Below, piece after piece: positions 22,473 through 33,692 of a stretch of DNA of 64,000 bases. Location: positions 2,158-66,157 of the forward strand of contig VHAX01000010.1 of the NCBI GenBank assembly GCA_016872215.1, read 5' to 3'. A model generated the notes under the pieces. That model ran no database searches and was not told the DNA's origin. It saw only the letters and a list, made by a program, of their open reading frames with translations. The translations under genes and the position numbers were made by a program. Position 1 is the stretch's first letter. The number at the start of each line of letters is the position of its first letter. The DNA comes from Sphingomonadales bacterium (GTDB lineage: Bacteria; Bacteroidota; Bacteroidia; UBA7662).

Positions 22473-22548
22473 AATCACATGAATTAAATGACCGCCACGA
22501 TGGCGGATCTTCTTTGGATAAGGGCGCAAAGATAAGAAAAAGTACGGA

Positions 22549-23388
22549 TTAATCCTTAAGTAGCCTTAAAATCTGGGCAATAGTCTTGCGCAAATCCTTA
22601 CGGTCCACGATTTTATCGAGAAAACCATGTTCCAACAAGAATTCGGAGGTCTGAAAGCCCTTGGGCAGATCCTTTCCGATGGTTTCCCTGATTACACGTG
22701 GACCAGCAAATCCAATTAAGGCACCAGGCTCGGCCAGATTGAAATCGCCGAGCATGGCAAATGAAGCCGTAACACCCCCCGTTGTGGGGTCGGTCATCAG
22801 CGATATATAGGGAACACCAGCATCGGCCAACAGCGAAAGCCGTGCCGATGTTTTGGCGAGTTGCATCAGGGAAAATGCTGCCTCCATCATACGGGCCCCG
22901 CCAGACTTGGAAATGATGAGCAGAGGGGTTTGGGTAGCACAGGCATAGTCAGCCGCACGGGCTATCTTCTCCCCCATAACAGAGCCCATCGATCCACCAA
23001 TGAAATCAAAATCCATGCAGGTTACCACCAGTTCGACCCCTTCAACCGTTCCGGAGGCTGTGCGAATGGCGTCGTTCAGTCCACTTTTGGCACGAGCTGC
23101 TTTCACCCGGTCCAAGTAAGGTTTGGTATCCACAAAGCCTAGCGGGTCGGCCGCCACCAGATCAGAATCGCGCTCTAAGAATTTTTGTCGATCGAACAAG
23201 ATCTCAAAGTATTCCTTGGAGCCAATTCTCAAGTGGTAATTGCATTTGGAGCAGACGTATTGATTGTCCTTGAGCTCGCTCGTGAGCAATGCTGCCTTAC
23301 ACGACGGACATTTATGCCACAGACCCTCTGGAACCTCCAGTTTGGGTTGGGTGGTAACACCCGTGGTCGATCTTCTGAACCAGGCCAT
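22549..23388 (-). CDS. accD: Acetyl-CoA carboxylase carboxyltransferase beta subunit
   Basis: CPSC...CSKC zinc ribbon, GGSMG, SGGARM, GFAGPRVI. Confidence 0.97.
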   Translation of the reverse strand: MAWFRRSTTGVTTQPKLEVPEGLWHKCPSCKAALLTSELKDNQYVCSKCNYHLRIGSKEYFEILFDRQKFLERDSDLVAADPLGFVDTKPYLDRVKAARAKSGLNDAIRTASGTVEGVELVVTCMDFDFIGGSMGSVMGEKIARAADYACATQTPLLIISKSGGARMMEAAFSLMQLAKTSARLSLLADAGVPYISLMTDPTTGGVTASFAMLGDFNLAEPGALIGFAGPRVIRETIGKDLPKGFQTSEFLLEHGFLDKIVDRKDLRKTIAQILRLLKD

Positions 23389-23397
23389 TCAACAGGA

Positions 23398-24456
23398 TTA
23401 GGCCAGACTTATTTCGCGATCCAGATAGACATCTTGTACGATATTCAGGAGCCCTACACCCTCTTTCATAGGCTTTTGAAATGCCTTTCTGCCAAGAATG
23501 AGGCCAGTTCCACCCGCGCGCTTGTTCACCACCGCCGTCACCACTGCTTCTTGTATGTCGCCCGCGCCCTTCGATTCTCCACCCGAGTTGATGAGTCCCG
23601 CCCTACCCATATAGCAGTTAGCTACTTGGTAGCGACAAAGATCGATCGGATGCGCACTACTCAGTTTGTCGTAAACCATAGGGTGGGTTTTGCCATGCCT
23701 GGTGACCAAATATCCCCCGTTGTTGACCGGCAGTTTTTGCTTGATAATGTCGGCCTGTATGGTGACCCCCAGATGATTGGCCTGCCCGGTGAGGTCGGCT
23801 GAGGCATGGTAATCGACACCATCAATCTTGAACCCGGAATTTCTGGTGTAGCACCACAATATGGTGGCCATGCCCAACTGATGGGCATGCTCGAATGCCT
23901 TGGCAACCTCCACGATTTGTCGCCCCGACTCTTCAGATCCGAAGTAGATGGTGGCGCCCACGGCAGCTGCGCCCATATTCCAGGCGTCCTGTATGGTTCC
24001 AAACAGGATCTGGTCGTAGCGGTTGGGGTAACTCAAAAATTCATTGTGGTTGATTTTCACCACGAACGGGATTTTATGTGCATAGCGGCGCGCAACAGAC
24101 GACAACACACCGTAAGTTGAAGCCACTGCATTGCACCCCCCCTCGATTGCCAGTTCAACTATATTCGAGGGGTCAAAGTAAATGGGATTAGGCGCAAAAG
24201 ACGCTCCTGCCGAATGCTCAATGCCCTGGTCGACCGGCAAAATGCTCAGATAGCCGCTACCTCCGAGCCGTCCGTGGTTGTAAAGTGATTGCAGGCTTCT
24301 CAGAGTGGGGATATTTCGGTTGGATGCCGACCACACCCGGTCGATAAAATCGGGACCTGGTGTGTGCAATTGGGCCGATGGAATGGTTCCGCAACGGTGG
24401 TCCAACAAATAACCGGCTTGATCGCCGAGTAGACTTTGAATACGGTTTTGGCTCAT
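23398..24456 (-). CDS. fbaB: Class I fructose-bisphosphate aldolase
   Basis: [17 protein letters not shown] Schiff-base Lys, [18 protein letters not shown] box at 24482-24489. Confidence 0.95.
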   Translation of the reverse strand: MSQNRIQSLLGDQAGYLLDHRCGTIPSAQLHTPGPDFIDRVWSASNRNIPTLRSLQSLYNHGRLGGSGYLSILPVDQGIEHSAGASFAPNPIYFDPSNIVELAIEGGCNAVASTYGVLSSVARRYAHKIPFVVKINHNEFLSYPNRYDQILFGTIQDAWNMGAAAVGATIYFGSEESGRQIVEVAKAFEHAHQLGMATILWCYTRNSGFKIDGVDYHASADLTGQANHLGVTIQADIIKQKLPVNNGGYLVTRHGKTHPMVYDKLSSAHPIDLCRYQVANCYMGRAGLINSGGESKGAGDIQEAVVTAVVNKRAGGTGLILGRKAFQKPMKEGVGLLNIVQDVYLDREISLA

Positions 24457-24507
24457 AAGGGGTATTTGATGAATGAAAGGGCAAAACTACGAACTTGCGG
24501 CCAAATT

Positions 24508-24957
24508 ATGAAGTCTAGCCCCAACGCAAGACCAGAAATGCTTCTTGTAACTGTTGCCAGTGCTGCTGATTTACCCATTGTTTTTGACATCCGAAACCGG
24601 GTTTTTGTTGTAGAACAACAGGTTGATCCGAAGGAGGAGTATGACGTATACGAGGGGGCTTCTACCCACTTAATCGCATTTTGGGACGGTGCGGCTGTGG
24701 GAACCGCACGATTCAGGTCGACGGAAAAGGGCTGGAAAATTGAACGAATGGCTGTGCTTGCCCCATTTAGGAGGCTGGGAGTCGGCAAGGCTCTTCTTCT
24801 GGAGGTTCTTGTCCGCATACCACAGGATGGCCGCTCTATTTATCTGCATGCACAGGAACACGCTTTGAGCTTTTACAAGGGTCTGGGTTTTTCATCTTCG
24901 GGGGATCGCTTTTATGAGGCCGACATCCCCCACCGTTTGTGCACCTACAAGCTGTAG
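24508..24957 (+). CDS. GNAT N-acetyltransferase (ElaA/YjcF-like)
   Basis: IRNRVFVVEQ, RRLGVG acetyl-CoA motif, LHAQ, FYEADIPH; start 24508 or 24538. Confidence 0.88.
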   Translation: MKSSPNARPEMLLVTVASAADLPIVFDIRNRVFVVEQQVDPKEEYDVYEGASTHLIAFWDGAAVGTARFRSTEKGWKIERMAVLAPFRRLGVGKALLLEVLVRIPQDGRSIYLHAQEHALSFYKGLGFSSSGDRFYEADIPHRLCTYKL

Positions 24958-24991
24958 TTTACCGGCTCAACGAATAACATCCCTGGCATAG

Positions 24992-25054
24992 TGCTTTCGT
25001 TTGCTTTAGCCTGATCACGTTTGCTTTCGTTTGCTTTCGTTTGCTTTCGTTTGC
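24992..25054 (+). repeat. 10-bp tandem repeat TTGCTTTCGT (3 perfect copies plus partial and offset copies)
   Basis: Perfect units at 25021, 25031, 25041; related copies at 24992-25007. Confidence 0.9.
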
Positions 25055-25093
25055 CGCACGGCTTGTGTCCCCGCCTTGGGCGATTTTTGCCCC

Positions 25094-27169
25094 GTGGTTC
25101 GTCCCTTCCTTTTTTCATGGGCTGAAGTCCCTTTTTTCCGCATCCTGATTTGGACGGGCGCGGCCTTGCTGTTGCCACCCATATTCATCGAACGATCAGA
25201 TTCCTGGATTTGGGGGGTTCCCCTATTGCCGACAGCTCATTTATTGTTATTAGGTCGACTCAAAGGACGGTTCCGGTTTCGATGGTTAACCGGCCTCTCG
25301 ACGGGGGTGTGCATTTCGACCCTGATTTGGATCAACCACAGTCTGCATTTCTCGGCTTATCAGGCACGACTGCCCCCTGAGTGCACATTTCAAGTCTGTT
25401 TGTTGCAGGTGGACGGGGTCGCGGATACGAGTCACCGACAAGTACGTGTGTTGTGCAGCTGGATTTTGGCAGACACATCCGACTATATGGTCCGCTACGG
25501 ATCCCGAATTCGACTTGAAACCGACTTTGCATGGCGGGCACCGCCTCCGGGTACGTTCATTGTGGTTCGCAACGCGCGGTCGGGTCATTTCCGCAATCTG
25601 CGAAACCCGCACGCATTCAATACTGAAGGATATGCACGGAACAAGGGGATTGTGGGTCGACTCAAAACAAGGTCTGAACAAATTATTACGGCTCATCTCT
25701 CTTCCAACCTTAGCCTCAGGCAAAGGGCACAGCGGCTCAGCAAGCAGGTTTGTCGGGTGATCTATACCCATCTCCCACAACGGGAAGCGGCACTGGCCTG
25801 CGCGATTCTACTGGGTGAGCGGCAGGGGATGGATGAAGAAACAGAGCAGGCTTTTTCGGGCAGTGGACTCATTCACATTATGGCGGTCTCGGGAATGCAC
25901 GTGGGCATCTTCTACCTTATGTGTTCATGGTTGTTGTTTTCCATATTACGGCTTCCAAAAAAGGCTGCCACATTGGTTATCCTGCTGCTTTTGTGGACCT
26001 ATGCACTTCTCACCGGACTCTCCCCCTCGGTGGTTAGGGCTTCCGGTATGTTCAGCCTGGCCTCCGCAGGCAAACTATGGAACAGGCATGCTTCATCCTA
26101 CAACCTGATGTCGGCCGCTGCCTTCTTTCAGGTCTGGCTAGACACACGGCTTCCAGCCCAACCCGGATTTCTGCTGTCTTATGCTGCCGTATTTGGCATC
26201 CTCTTTCTTCATCCCAGGTTGTTTTCTTTGTATTGGACGAAAAACAAGTGGCTTGATAAAGTGTGGGAACTCTGTTCTCTATCCCTTTCAGCCCAATGGT
26301 TTACCCTACCCTTCGTGCTGTACTACTTCCATACTTTCCCAGTGTACTTCCTCCCCGCAAACCTATTGGTGGTGCCTTTGGCGGCGCCCGCCCTGATTGG
26401 TACCCTACTGCTGGTTTTTCTCAGTTTAGTGCCCTTTCTGGCTCAACTATTCGCCTATCCTCTATCGTGGCTACTCATGGGAATCAATGAAATGACCGCC
26501 TGGATATCCGCTTTGCCCTATGCACAAAGTTCGGGCTGGTACTGGACTCAAGTGGATGGACTCATCGCCGGTTCACTTGTGGTTCTGATTCCTTTGGGTT
26601 GGTTGATCCAAAATAGGTGGGCTCGTCAGGCGACCATTACGGCAGGAGTAGCATGGTACGGCCTTACCCTGACCCACCTTCTGATGATGTGGGAGAGCGG
26701 TGATTTCCATATCTATGAGGGATACTTGCGCGGTTCAGCCGCGATTCGGGTTGGCCGACAGGCCTGGGTCTGGTCGGATCCGGCAGATGGCCTCACGCTT
26801 GCCGCAACCGATCCTGTGCGGAGAGAGGGCGTGAAGCGAATCACCGTGTTGCAAAACCAGGGTGTGGTTGTAGTTCGCTGGCAAAACAAAACTGCTCTCT
26901 GGCTATCGCAACCGAATGATAGGAGTGTCGACAGGTTGCCGGAGGCGGATATTCTGATCCTGGAATGCAGACTGAAATCCGAGGCGTTCATTGGGTTTGC
27001 GAACAAATATCCGATCATGATTTTGGGATCGGGCTACAAGCCGTATTTTTGTCAGCAAATCAGACTCCTGACGGGGCGCGATCGCCACTCATGTCGCTGC
27101 ATTTCCGAAGAAGGGGGCATCAGCCTATGGAATATCAGTATATCGAAGCCTGCATTGAAGAGGGAATAG
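25094..27169 (+). CDS. comEC: ComEC/Rec2 family competence membrane protein
   Basis: NPHAFN, HIMAVSGMHVG, SPSVVRA, PGFLLSY, many TM segments; start uncertain (GTG 25094). Confidence 0.85.
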   Translation: MVRPFLFSWAEVPFFRILIWTGAALLLPPIFIERSDSWIWGVPLLPTAHLLLLGRLKGRFRFRWLTGLSTGVCISTLIWINHSLHFSAYQARLPPECTFQVCLLQVDGVADTSHRQVRVLCSWILADTSDYMVRYGSRIRLETDFAWRAPPPGTFIVVRNARSGHFRNLRNPHAFNTEGYARNKGIVGRLKTRSEQIITAHLSSNLSLRQRAQRLSKQVCRVIYTHLPQREAALACAILLGERQGMDEETEQAFSGSGLIHIMAVSGMHVGIFYLMCSWLLFSILRLPKKAATLVILLLLWTYALLTGLSPSVVRASGMFSLASAGKLWNRHASSYNLMSAAAFFQVWLDTRLPAQPGFLLSYAAVFGILFLHPRLFSLYWTKNKWLDKVWELCSLSLSAQWFTLPFVLYYFHTFPVYFLPANLLVVPLAAPALIGTLLLVFLSLVPFLAQLFAYPLSWLLMGINEMTAWISALPYAQSSGWYWTQVDGLIAGSLVVLIPLGWLIQNRWARQATITAGVAWYGLTLTHLLMMWESGDFHIYEGYLRGSAAIRVGRQAWVWSDPADGLTLAATDPVRREGVKRITVLQNQGVVVVRWQNKTALWLSQPNDRSVDRLPEADILILECRLKSEAFIGFANKYPIMILGSGYKPYFCQQIRLLTGRDRHSCRCISEEGGISLWNISISKPALKRE

Positions 27170-27915
27170 GACGCATCATATTGAATCGTCCCGAAAAAAG
27201 AAATGCCTTCAATGCACGTCTGGTAACAGAGTTGAAAAGGGCGCTTAAACATTTCTTTGAGGAACCTCAATGCAGTTTGATTGTGTTTTCGGGCAACGGG
27301 CCTGCTTTCAGCGCCGGCGCTGACCTGTCATATCTGAAATCCCTCCAAAATAACTCACTGGAGGAAAATCTGGCTGATTCCCGTGCCCTTAAGGAACTGT
27401 ATCTAATGATGTATGAGAGTCCCAAGGTACTGGTTGCTCGGGTGGAGGGGCCAGCATTGGCTGGCGGTTGCGGGCTTGCTACTTTATGTGACTATTGTTT
27501 CGCGGTACCAGCTGCCACTTTTGGCTACACGGAGGTGCGGATTGGCTTCATTCCCGCACTTGTATCCGTGTTCCTGGTCCGAAAAATTGGAGATGCCCGT
27601 GCAAGGGAACTGCTTTTGAGTGGCGATGTGCTCGAGGCACGGGAGGCCCTCCGATATGGTCTGATCAGCTTTGTGGTGGCGGCCGATGAAATAGTTAATA
27701 CGGTCGATTCCTTTGCCCGGAACATCGCAACCCGTTGTGCTCCGGGCAGTCTGGCCGCGACCCGGAAGTTGCTCGCCGACATTCAGGATTTATCGCTCAA
27801 CGAAGCGCTTGAGTTGGCGGCCCTCCGCAACGCAGAAATCCGCTCATCCGAAGAATGCCGCAAGGGGATTCGCTTGTTTCTCAACAAAGAACCCATTGTT
27901 TGGCGGGAACCATAG
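27127..27915 (+). CDS. Enoyl-CoA hydratase/isomerase (methylglutaconyl-CoA hydratase-like)
   Basis: LNRPEKRNA, FSAGADL, ALAGGCGL, TEVRIGFIPA. Confidence 0.9.
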   Translation: MEYQYIEACIEEGIGRIILNRPEKRNAFNARLVTELKRALKHFFEEPQCSLIVFSGNGPAFSAGADLSYLKSLQNNSLEENLADSRALKELYLMMYESPKVLVARVEGPALAGGCGLATLCDYCFAVPAATFGYTEVRIGFIPALVSVFLVRKIGDARARELLLSGDVLEAREALRYGLISFVVAADEIVNTVDSFARNIATRCAPGSLAATRKLLADIQDLSLNEALELAALRNAEIRSSEECRKGIRLFLNKEPIVWREP

Positions 27916-28030
27916 CTGCAACGCAAGACATGAGTTCCGGAGGCTTCGGCCATCCGAAAACAGAAAAGCGGTACCTTTGTTACTCATATTAGGTTGTTAT
28001 TAACAATCATAGTCACAACCCGTCACATTC

Positions 28031-29479
28031 ATGTCTCAATCGGAGCAGAAACTTCTGGAGCAACTCAGTGAGCGAGATTATCCCCACGGATTTGAAAGCG
28101 ATATCGAACAGGAGATTATCCCCAAGGGACTGTCTGAGGATACCATTCGTTTTATTTCTCAACGAAAAAACGAACCTGAGTGGCTACTCCAGTGGAGACT
28201 GAAAGCCTACCGGCACTGGTTGGGAATGAAGGAACCCAGTTGGCAGAAACTGATCTATCCACCGATCGATTATCAGGACATCAGCTATTTCGCAGCCCCC
28301 AAGTCGGGACCCGTTTTAAACAGCCTCGACGAACTCGACCCGGAGATTAAATCCACCTACGACCGTTTAGGCATTCCATTGGAAGAACAAATGATGTTGG
28401 CTGGGGTAGCAGTTGATGCGGTATTGGATTCCGTGTCGGTGGTCACAACTTTCAAAGAAAAGCTTGCCGAAAAGAATGTCATTTTTTGCTCCATCAGTGA
28501 AGCCGTACACCAATACCCCGAATTGGTGCGCACCTACCTCGGCACGATTGTACCATACACCGATAACTACTTTGCGGCCCTGAACAGCGCAGTCTTTACC
28601 GACGGCTCCTTCGTCTATATTCCGCCCGGGGTTCGTTGTCCTATGGAATTGAGCACCTATTTCCGAATAAACGCTCGGGGAACCGGTCAGTTTGAGCGCA
28701 CGCTCATCATAGCATGCGACGATAGTTACGTAAGTTATCTGGAGGGGTGTACAGCGCCGAAGCGTGACGAAAATCAGTTGCACGCCGCGGTCGTGGAACT
28801 CGTGGCTATGGACCGGGGTGAAGTCAAATATTCGACTGTTCAAAACTGGTATCCTGGCAATAAAGAAGGTAAAGGCGGAATATATAACTTTGTGACTAAA
28901 AGAGGTTTATGCAAAGGAACTTCCAGTAAAATTTCATGGACTCAGGTGGAGACTGGTTCCGCCATAACCTGGAAATACCCAAGCGTGGTTCTGCAGGGTG
29001 ATGATAGTCGCGGTGAATTTTATTCGGTAGCTATGACCACCCACCTGCAACAAGCCGATACGGGCACCAAAATGATCCATATTGGTAAAAACACGCAAAG
29101 CCGGATCGTGAGTAAGGGCATCAGCGCCGGACGCAGCCAAAACAGCTACCGGGGACTCGTCAAGATCCGCAAGTCGGCCGCCAAAGCCCGTAATTATTCG
29201 CAATGCGACTCCCTACTCATGGGCAACCGGTGTGGTGCCCACACATTCCCCTATTTTGAAATTCATCAACCCACAGCCATAGTAGAACATGAGGCCACGA
29301 CTTCCAAGATTGCAGAAGATATACTCTTCTACTGCACCCAAAGGGGTTTGAGCCGAGAATCGGCCATCGCTATGATCGTGAACGGCTACGCGCGTGAAGT
29401 TCTGGACCACCTTCCCATGGAATTCGCTGTTGAAGCCCGAAAACTATTGGCCATTTCCTTGGAGGGTTCTGTGGGCTGA
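28031..29479 (+). CDS. sufB: Fe-S cluster assembly protein SufB
   Basis: [43 protein letters not shown] box at 27972-27979. Confidence 0.98.
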   Translation: MSQSEQKLLEQLSERDYPHGFESDIEQEIIPKGLSEDTIRFISQRKNEPEWLLQWRLKAYRHWLGMKEPSWQKLIYPPIDYQDISYFAAPKSGPVLNSLDELDPEIKSTYDRLGIPLEEQMMLAGVAVDAVLDSVSVVTTFKEKLAEKNVIFCSISEAVHQYPELVRTYLGTIVPYTDNYFAALNSAVFTDGSFVYIPPGVRCPMELSTYFRINARGTGQFERTLIIACDDSYVSYLEGCTAPKRDENQLHAAVVELVAMDRGEVKYSTVQNWYPGNKEGKGGIYNFVTKRGLCKGTSSKISWTQVETGSAITWKYPSVVLQGDDSRGEFYSVAMTTHLQQADTGTKMIHIGKNTQSRIVSKGISAGRSQNSYRGLVKIRKSAAKARNYSQCDSLLMGNRCGAHTFPYFEIHQPTAIVEHEATTSKIAEDILFYCTQRGLSRESAIAMIVNGYAREVLDHLPMEFAVEARKLLAISLEGSVG

Positions 29480-29534
29480 GCCGAGAAAATAAAGACCGAT
29501 AAAAATTAATCAGATAACGAGCTAGATCTTAAAC

Positions 29535-30293
29535 ATGCTGTTGGAAATTGAAAATCTCAGAGCCTCCATTGAAGGCAAAGAAATCCTGAAAGGCGTAAAC
29601 CTGAGTGTACCTGCCGGTGAGGTTCATGCTATTATGGGGCCAAATGGATCGGGCAAATCGACCCTTTCCTCGGTCATTGCCGGTAAGGATGGCTATGAAA
29701 CATCTGGTAGTATCCGTTTTGATGGGCAGGAAATTTCCGATTGGGAACCGGAAATCAGAGCCCGGGAAGGAATGTTTTTAGCCTTCCAGTACCCCGTGGA
29801 ACTTCCGGGGGTAGGTCTCAGTTCATTCCTGAGGGCCTGTGTCAACGAACGAAGGAAGCACATCGGACAGTCCGAACTGGATGCCTCCTCCTTTCTGGCC
29901 CTTATGAGGGAAAAGGCAGCACTTGTAGAGTTGAGCCAAGATCTGATCCGCCGTCCCGTCAACCAGGGCTTCTCCGGTGGTGAGAAAAAACGAAATGAGA
30001 TATTCCAAATGGCCATGCTGGATCCCCGGATGGCCATTTTGGATGAGACCGATTCTGGCCTCGACATCGATGCTTTGCGGATTGTCGCTGAGGGAGTCAA
30101 CAAACTTCGGAATCCACAGCGTTCCTTGTTGGTGATTACCCACTACCAGCGACTCCTGGAGTATATTGTGCCCGATCGGGTGCATGTACTGATTGATGGA
30201 GCCATTGTTATGAGTGGTGACCGCACGCTGGCTCTGGCACTGGAAGAGAAAGGCTACGATTTGGTACGGGCAGAACAGGAGGTTTCGTCGTGA
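29535..30293 (+). CDS. sufC: Fe-S cluster assembly ATPase SufC
   Basis: GPNGSGKST, FQYPVE, GFSGGEKKRNE, DETDSGLDID. Confidence 0.98.
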   Translation: MLLEIENLRASIEGKEILKGVNLSVPAGEVHAIMGPNGSGKSTLSSVIAGKDGYETSGSIRFDGQEISDWEPEIRAREGMFLAFQYPVELPGVGLSSFLRACVNERRKHIGQSELDASSFLALMREKAALVELSQDLIRRPVNQGFSGGEKKRNEIFQMAMLDPRMAILDETDSGLDIDALRIVAEGVNKLRNPQRSLLVITHYQRLLEYIVPDRVHVLIDGAIVMSGDRTLALALEEKGYDLVRAEQEVSS

Positions 30294-31564
30294 CCACCAC
30301 ACAGGAATTGTTGGGTCAGATGTCGTATTCCGATCAGGCTGCTGGAAACCTGCTGAACCATAAGCTTCCGGATTACCGCGATGAGGATTGGAAATACACC
30401 CATTATTCGGGATTCGAGCACTACAAAAAGCTTCAAACATCAGGAAATCCAATAGCGCATCCCCCGCTTGCACGGCGGTCAACCACCCCTTTCCATGAAG
30501 ATGCTTGGATTGCTGTTGTTGTAAATGGCATCCTTCAAGCCAATCTGAGTAATCTCCCTAATCACTCTACCGGGATACGAGTGGCTAAGCTTAGTGAGGC
30601 CATATCGGATGACTCCGGCCTCGAGCCTGGGTACAGTCCCGGTGCCCTTGCCCTCGCGAAAGGTCATTACTACAGCCAGTGGGCCATGGCTCAGGGAGCT
30701 GAGGGACTTTTTATCCGGGTTAATAGCGGTATAGTGGCCGAAAAACACCTTCTGATCCACACCATTAACGACATCCAGCAGCCCCAGCAGGTATTACCCA
30801 CCCATCACCTCATCGTTTTGGAGTCGAATGCTGCTCTAACGCTTTCCGAGACACAGGAAGGCAGTGGAGAAGGCATGTCATTGTCGTTGCAAGAGATTCA
30901 TTTAAGCAATCAGGCACGTCTTGAGCATAGTCAGCTTCAATTGTGGGGAAATGAGTTTGAGTGCATCCAACAAGTGTTGGTGGCACAACAAACGGAGAGC
31001 CATTATGCTCATTTCGCCTATTGTGGCGGGGGGGCCAAGGTCAGAAATCAGTTAACTGTGATGCAGGAGGGTCAACTGGCCCTTACAGAGCTTACAGGAC
31101 TCGTTTTGCCTGGTGTTGGGAAACATGTCGACAACCAGACCCTGATTCACCACCAATCACCGCACACCAGCAGTCGACAACGGTACCGAAGTCTGGTGGC
31201 CCGCGAAGGCACCTCGGTATTCAATGGAAAGGTGTATGTTAACCCCGGGGCACAGAAAACCGATGCCTATCAACACCACGCAAGCCTGCTGATGCACGAA
31301 ACGGCAGTTTCCAATGCCAAACCCGAACTGGAAATCTATGCCGATGATGTGAAATGTTCTCATGGCGCAACCGCGGGGATGTTGGACGCTGGAGAAATTC
31401 ACTATATGCGGTCGAGGGGACTATCAGAAGTTCAGGCACGAATGATGCTGCAGGAGGCTTTCGTACGCGACCTGCTCGATTCCTTACCAGGTGAATCGCT
31501 GCGCTTGTGGTGCCACAACCACTGTTCTGATCGGCTCAATGTATTGAATCAATTATCGATCTAA
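30290..31564 (+). CDS. sufD: Fe-S cluster assembly protein SufD
   Basis: EDWKYT, VFNGKV, KPELEIYADDVKCSHGAT. Confidence 0.95.
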   Translation: MTTTQELLGQMSYSDQAAGNLLNHKLPDYRDEDWKYTHYSGFEHYKKLQTSGNPIAHPPLARRSTTPFHEDAWIAVVVNGILQANLSNLPNHSTGIRVAKLSEAISDDSGLEPGYSPGALALAKGHYYSQWAMAQGAEGLFIRVNSGIVAEKHLLIHTINDIQQPQQVLPTHHLIVLESNAALTLSETQEGSGEGMSLSLQEIHLSNQARLEHSQLQLWGNEFECIQQVLVAQQTESHYAHFAYCGGGAKVRNQLTVMQEGQLALTELTGLVLPGVGKHVDNQTLIHHQSPHTSSRQRYRSLVAREGTSVFNGKVYVNPGAQKTDAYQHHASLLMHETAVSNAKPELEIYADDVKCSHGATAGMLDAGEIHYMRSRGLSEVQARMMLQEAFVRDLLDSLPGESLRLWCHNHCSDRLNVLNQLSI

Positions 31565-31583
31565 AACCCCTTTCACCGAGCAC

Positions 31584-32858
31584 ATGAGTTCAAATTGGTC
31601 GGCTAAAACAGGATCTGAAGGACTAACGCGACCCGACTGGGATGCCATACGCCTAGAATTTCCTGCCCTGCATCAATCGGTTAACGGGTGCCCATTGGCC
31701 TATTTCGATCACGCCGCCACCTCACAAAAGCCGCGTCGGGTAATCAATGCCATGACCCATTATTACCAATCCGATAATGCCAACGTGCACCGGGGCGTAC
31801 ACAACCTGAGTCAACGCGCAACCACGGTATATGAAGCGGCACGGACCAAAACCGCTCGATTTCTGGGTGCCGCGGATTCATCGGAAATCATATTCACATC
31901 CGGAACCACTGCCTCCATCAATTTGGTGGCTCAGTCCTGGGGCAATGCTCATCTAAAACCCGGCGATGAGGTGTTGGTGACCGGCCTGGAACACCACGCA
32001 AATCTGGTACCCTGGCAAATGGCTTGCACACGTACCGGCGCCCGTCTGAAAATTGTTCCGGTAAACGAACGGGGCGAAGTATCGACCGAAGCGGTATCAG
32101 AGATGCTCACGTCGGGTACCCGTATGTTCGCGTTCTGTTGGATCAGCAACGCTTTGGGTACCATAAACCCGGCACAGGAATGGGTAGAAATGGCACGCAA
32201 AAGGGGGATTACCACGCTAATCGATGCGGCACAAGTGGTGGCCCATAAGCCTATAAATCTTCAGGAAATTGGGTGTGACTTTTTATGCTTTTCGGCCCAC
32301 AAAATGATGGGGCCCACCGGTACTGGTGTTCTATATGGTATAAAATCAGTACTCGAAACGCTGGATCCGGTTTTCGGGGGGGGCGATATGATCGACGAGG
32401 TATCCTATGAACGGAGCACGTGGGCCGATCTGCCTTATCGTCTCGAGGCAGGCACCCCCAATATTTCGGGCGTCATCGGGTTGTCGGCCGCCATCGACTT
32501 TCTGGAGTCGATTGGTTGGGCATCAATATTGGAGCGCGAGTCGGAATTGCTGTCCTATGCATTGGAAAAATTGCGCAACATTCCTCGCATCCGGTTCATT
32601 GGGGAACCCAAACTCAGAAGCGGGGTGATTTCCTTCATTGCAGACGGGGTTCATCCCTATGACCTGGGCACTCTCCTCGATGAACAGGGCATTGCCCTGC
32701 GCACAGGTCACCACTGCGCACAGCCTCTTATGCGACATTTCGGTATATCAGGCACCTGTCGGGTATCGCTGGCTCTGTACAACAATCATGAAGAAATCGA
32801 CCGTTTGGATTTGGCAATCAGAAGCGCATTACGCCTGATTACAAATGTGGATAAATGA
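31584..32858 (+). CDS. sufS: Cysteine desulfurase SufS
   Basis: DHAATSQKP, SAHKMMGPTG PLP Lys, RTGHHCA. Confidence 0.96.
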   Translation: MSSNWSAKTGSEGLTRPDWDAIRLEFPALHQSVNGCPLAYFDHAATSQKPRRVINAMTHYYQSDNANVHRGVHNLSQRATTVYEAARTKTARFLGAADSSEIIFTSGTTASINLVAQSWGNAHLKPGDEVLVTGLEHHANLVPWQMACTRTGARLKIVPVNERGEVSTEAVSEMLTSGTRMFAFCWISNALGTINPAQEWVEMARKRGITTLIDAAQVVAHKPINLQEIGCDFLCFSAHKMMGPTGTGVLYGIKSVLETLDPVFGGGDMIDEVSYERSTWADLPYRLEAGTPNISGVIGLSAAIDFLESIGWASILERESELLSYALEKLRNIPRIRFIGEPKLRSGVISFIADGVHPYDLGTLLDEQGIALRTGHHCAQPLMRHFGISGTCRVSLALYNNHEEIDRLDLAIRSALRLITNVDK

Positions 32859-32886
32859 TGACTCCAATGCCTCAACCGGATTGAAT

Positions 32887-33327
32887 ATGATGAACATCCC
32901 AGCCAGTATTCCGGACATTCAAGATCAACTGGCGGCTGACTTTGAATTTCTTGACGATTGGGAGGAGCGTTACGCCTACCTGATGGATCTCGGCAAGGAT
33001 GTACGTGGACTCTCACAGGAGGAAAAGACACTCGACAACCTGATCAAAGGCTGTCAGAGTCGTGTCTGGCTCACTACACGGCTCGAAAACAACCGTCTTT
33101 GGATGTACGCAGATTCTGACACCTTCATAGCGCGGGGAATAATAGCTTTACTGATTCGGGTTTTCAATGGACAAACGCCGGCTGATATCTTAAGCGAACC
33201 CTTTGATTTGCCAGAGCGCATCGGTCTAACAGCGCACTTATCGCCTGGAAGAGCCAATGGACTGGCTGGTATGCTCGCGCGAATCCGTTATGATGCTGCG
33301 GTTGCCCTGGGCGATAGAAAAAACTGA
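32887..33327 (+). CDS. sufE: SufE sulfur acceptor
   Basis: IKGCQSRVW, HLSPGRANGL; start uncertain. Confidence 0.93.
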   Translation: MMNIPASIPDIQDQLAADFEFLDDWEERYAYLMDLGKDVRGLSQEEKTLDNLIKGCQSRVWLTTRLENNRLWMYADSDTFIARGIIALLIRVFNGQTPADILSEPFDLPERIGLTAHLSPGRANGLAGMLARIRYDAAVALGDRKN

Positions 33328-33331
33328 TTGC

Positions 33332-33658
33332 ATGTCACAACCTGTTAAATCATTTGTAGAACTGCAACAGGATGTAATTGCTGTTCTCAAAACCATATAT
33401 GATCCCGAGATTCCGGTCGACATTTACGAGTTGGGCCTGATCTACGAAGTAAAAGTGGGTAATGAGGGTAAAGTCGATGTATTGATGACCCTAACATCCC
33501 CTGCTTGTCCGGTCGCTGGCACCCTACCAGGTGAGGTCGAATCAAAAATTCGAGGAATCGCCGGCGTGACCGAGGCCAAAGTAACCCTCACCTTCGACCC
33601 TGCCTGGTCACAGGAACTGATGAGTGAAGAGGCCCGGTTAGATCTGGGATTTCTATAG
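33332..33658 (+). CDS. DUF59/SufT-PaaD family Fe-S assembly factor
   Basis: YDPEIPVDIYELGLIY, MTLTSPACP. Confidence 0.92.
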   Translation: MSQPVKSFVELQQDVIAVLKTIYDPEIPVDIYELGLIYEVKVGNEGKVDVLMTLTSPACPVAGTLPGEVESKIRGIAGVTEAKVTLTFDPAWSQELMSEEARLDLGFL

Positions 33659-33692
33659 TCATTACTCTGTATTTTCACCCTAAATCTAAATA

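Noticed and set aside
24984..25000. TGGCATAG as a sigma54 promoter for comEC
   Set aside because: Reads GG-N10-TC with no -12 element, and no GACA-N3-TGTC site nearby
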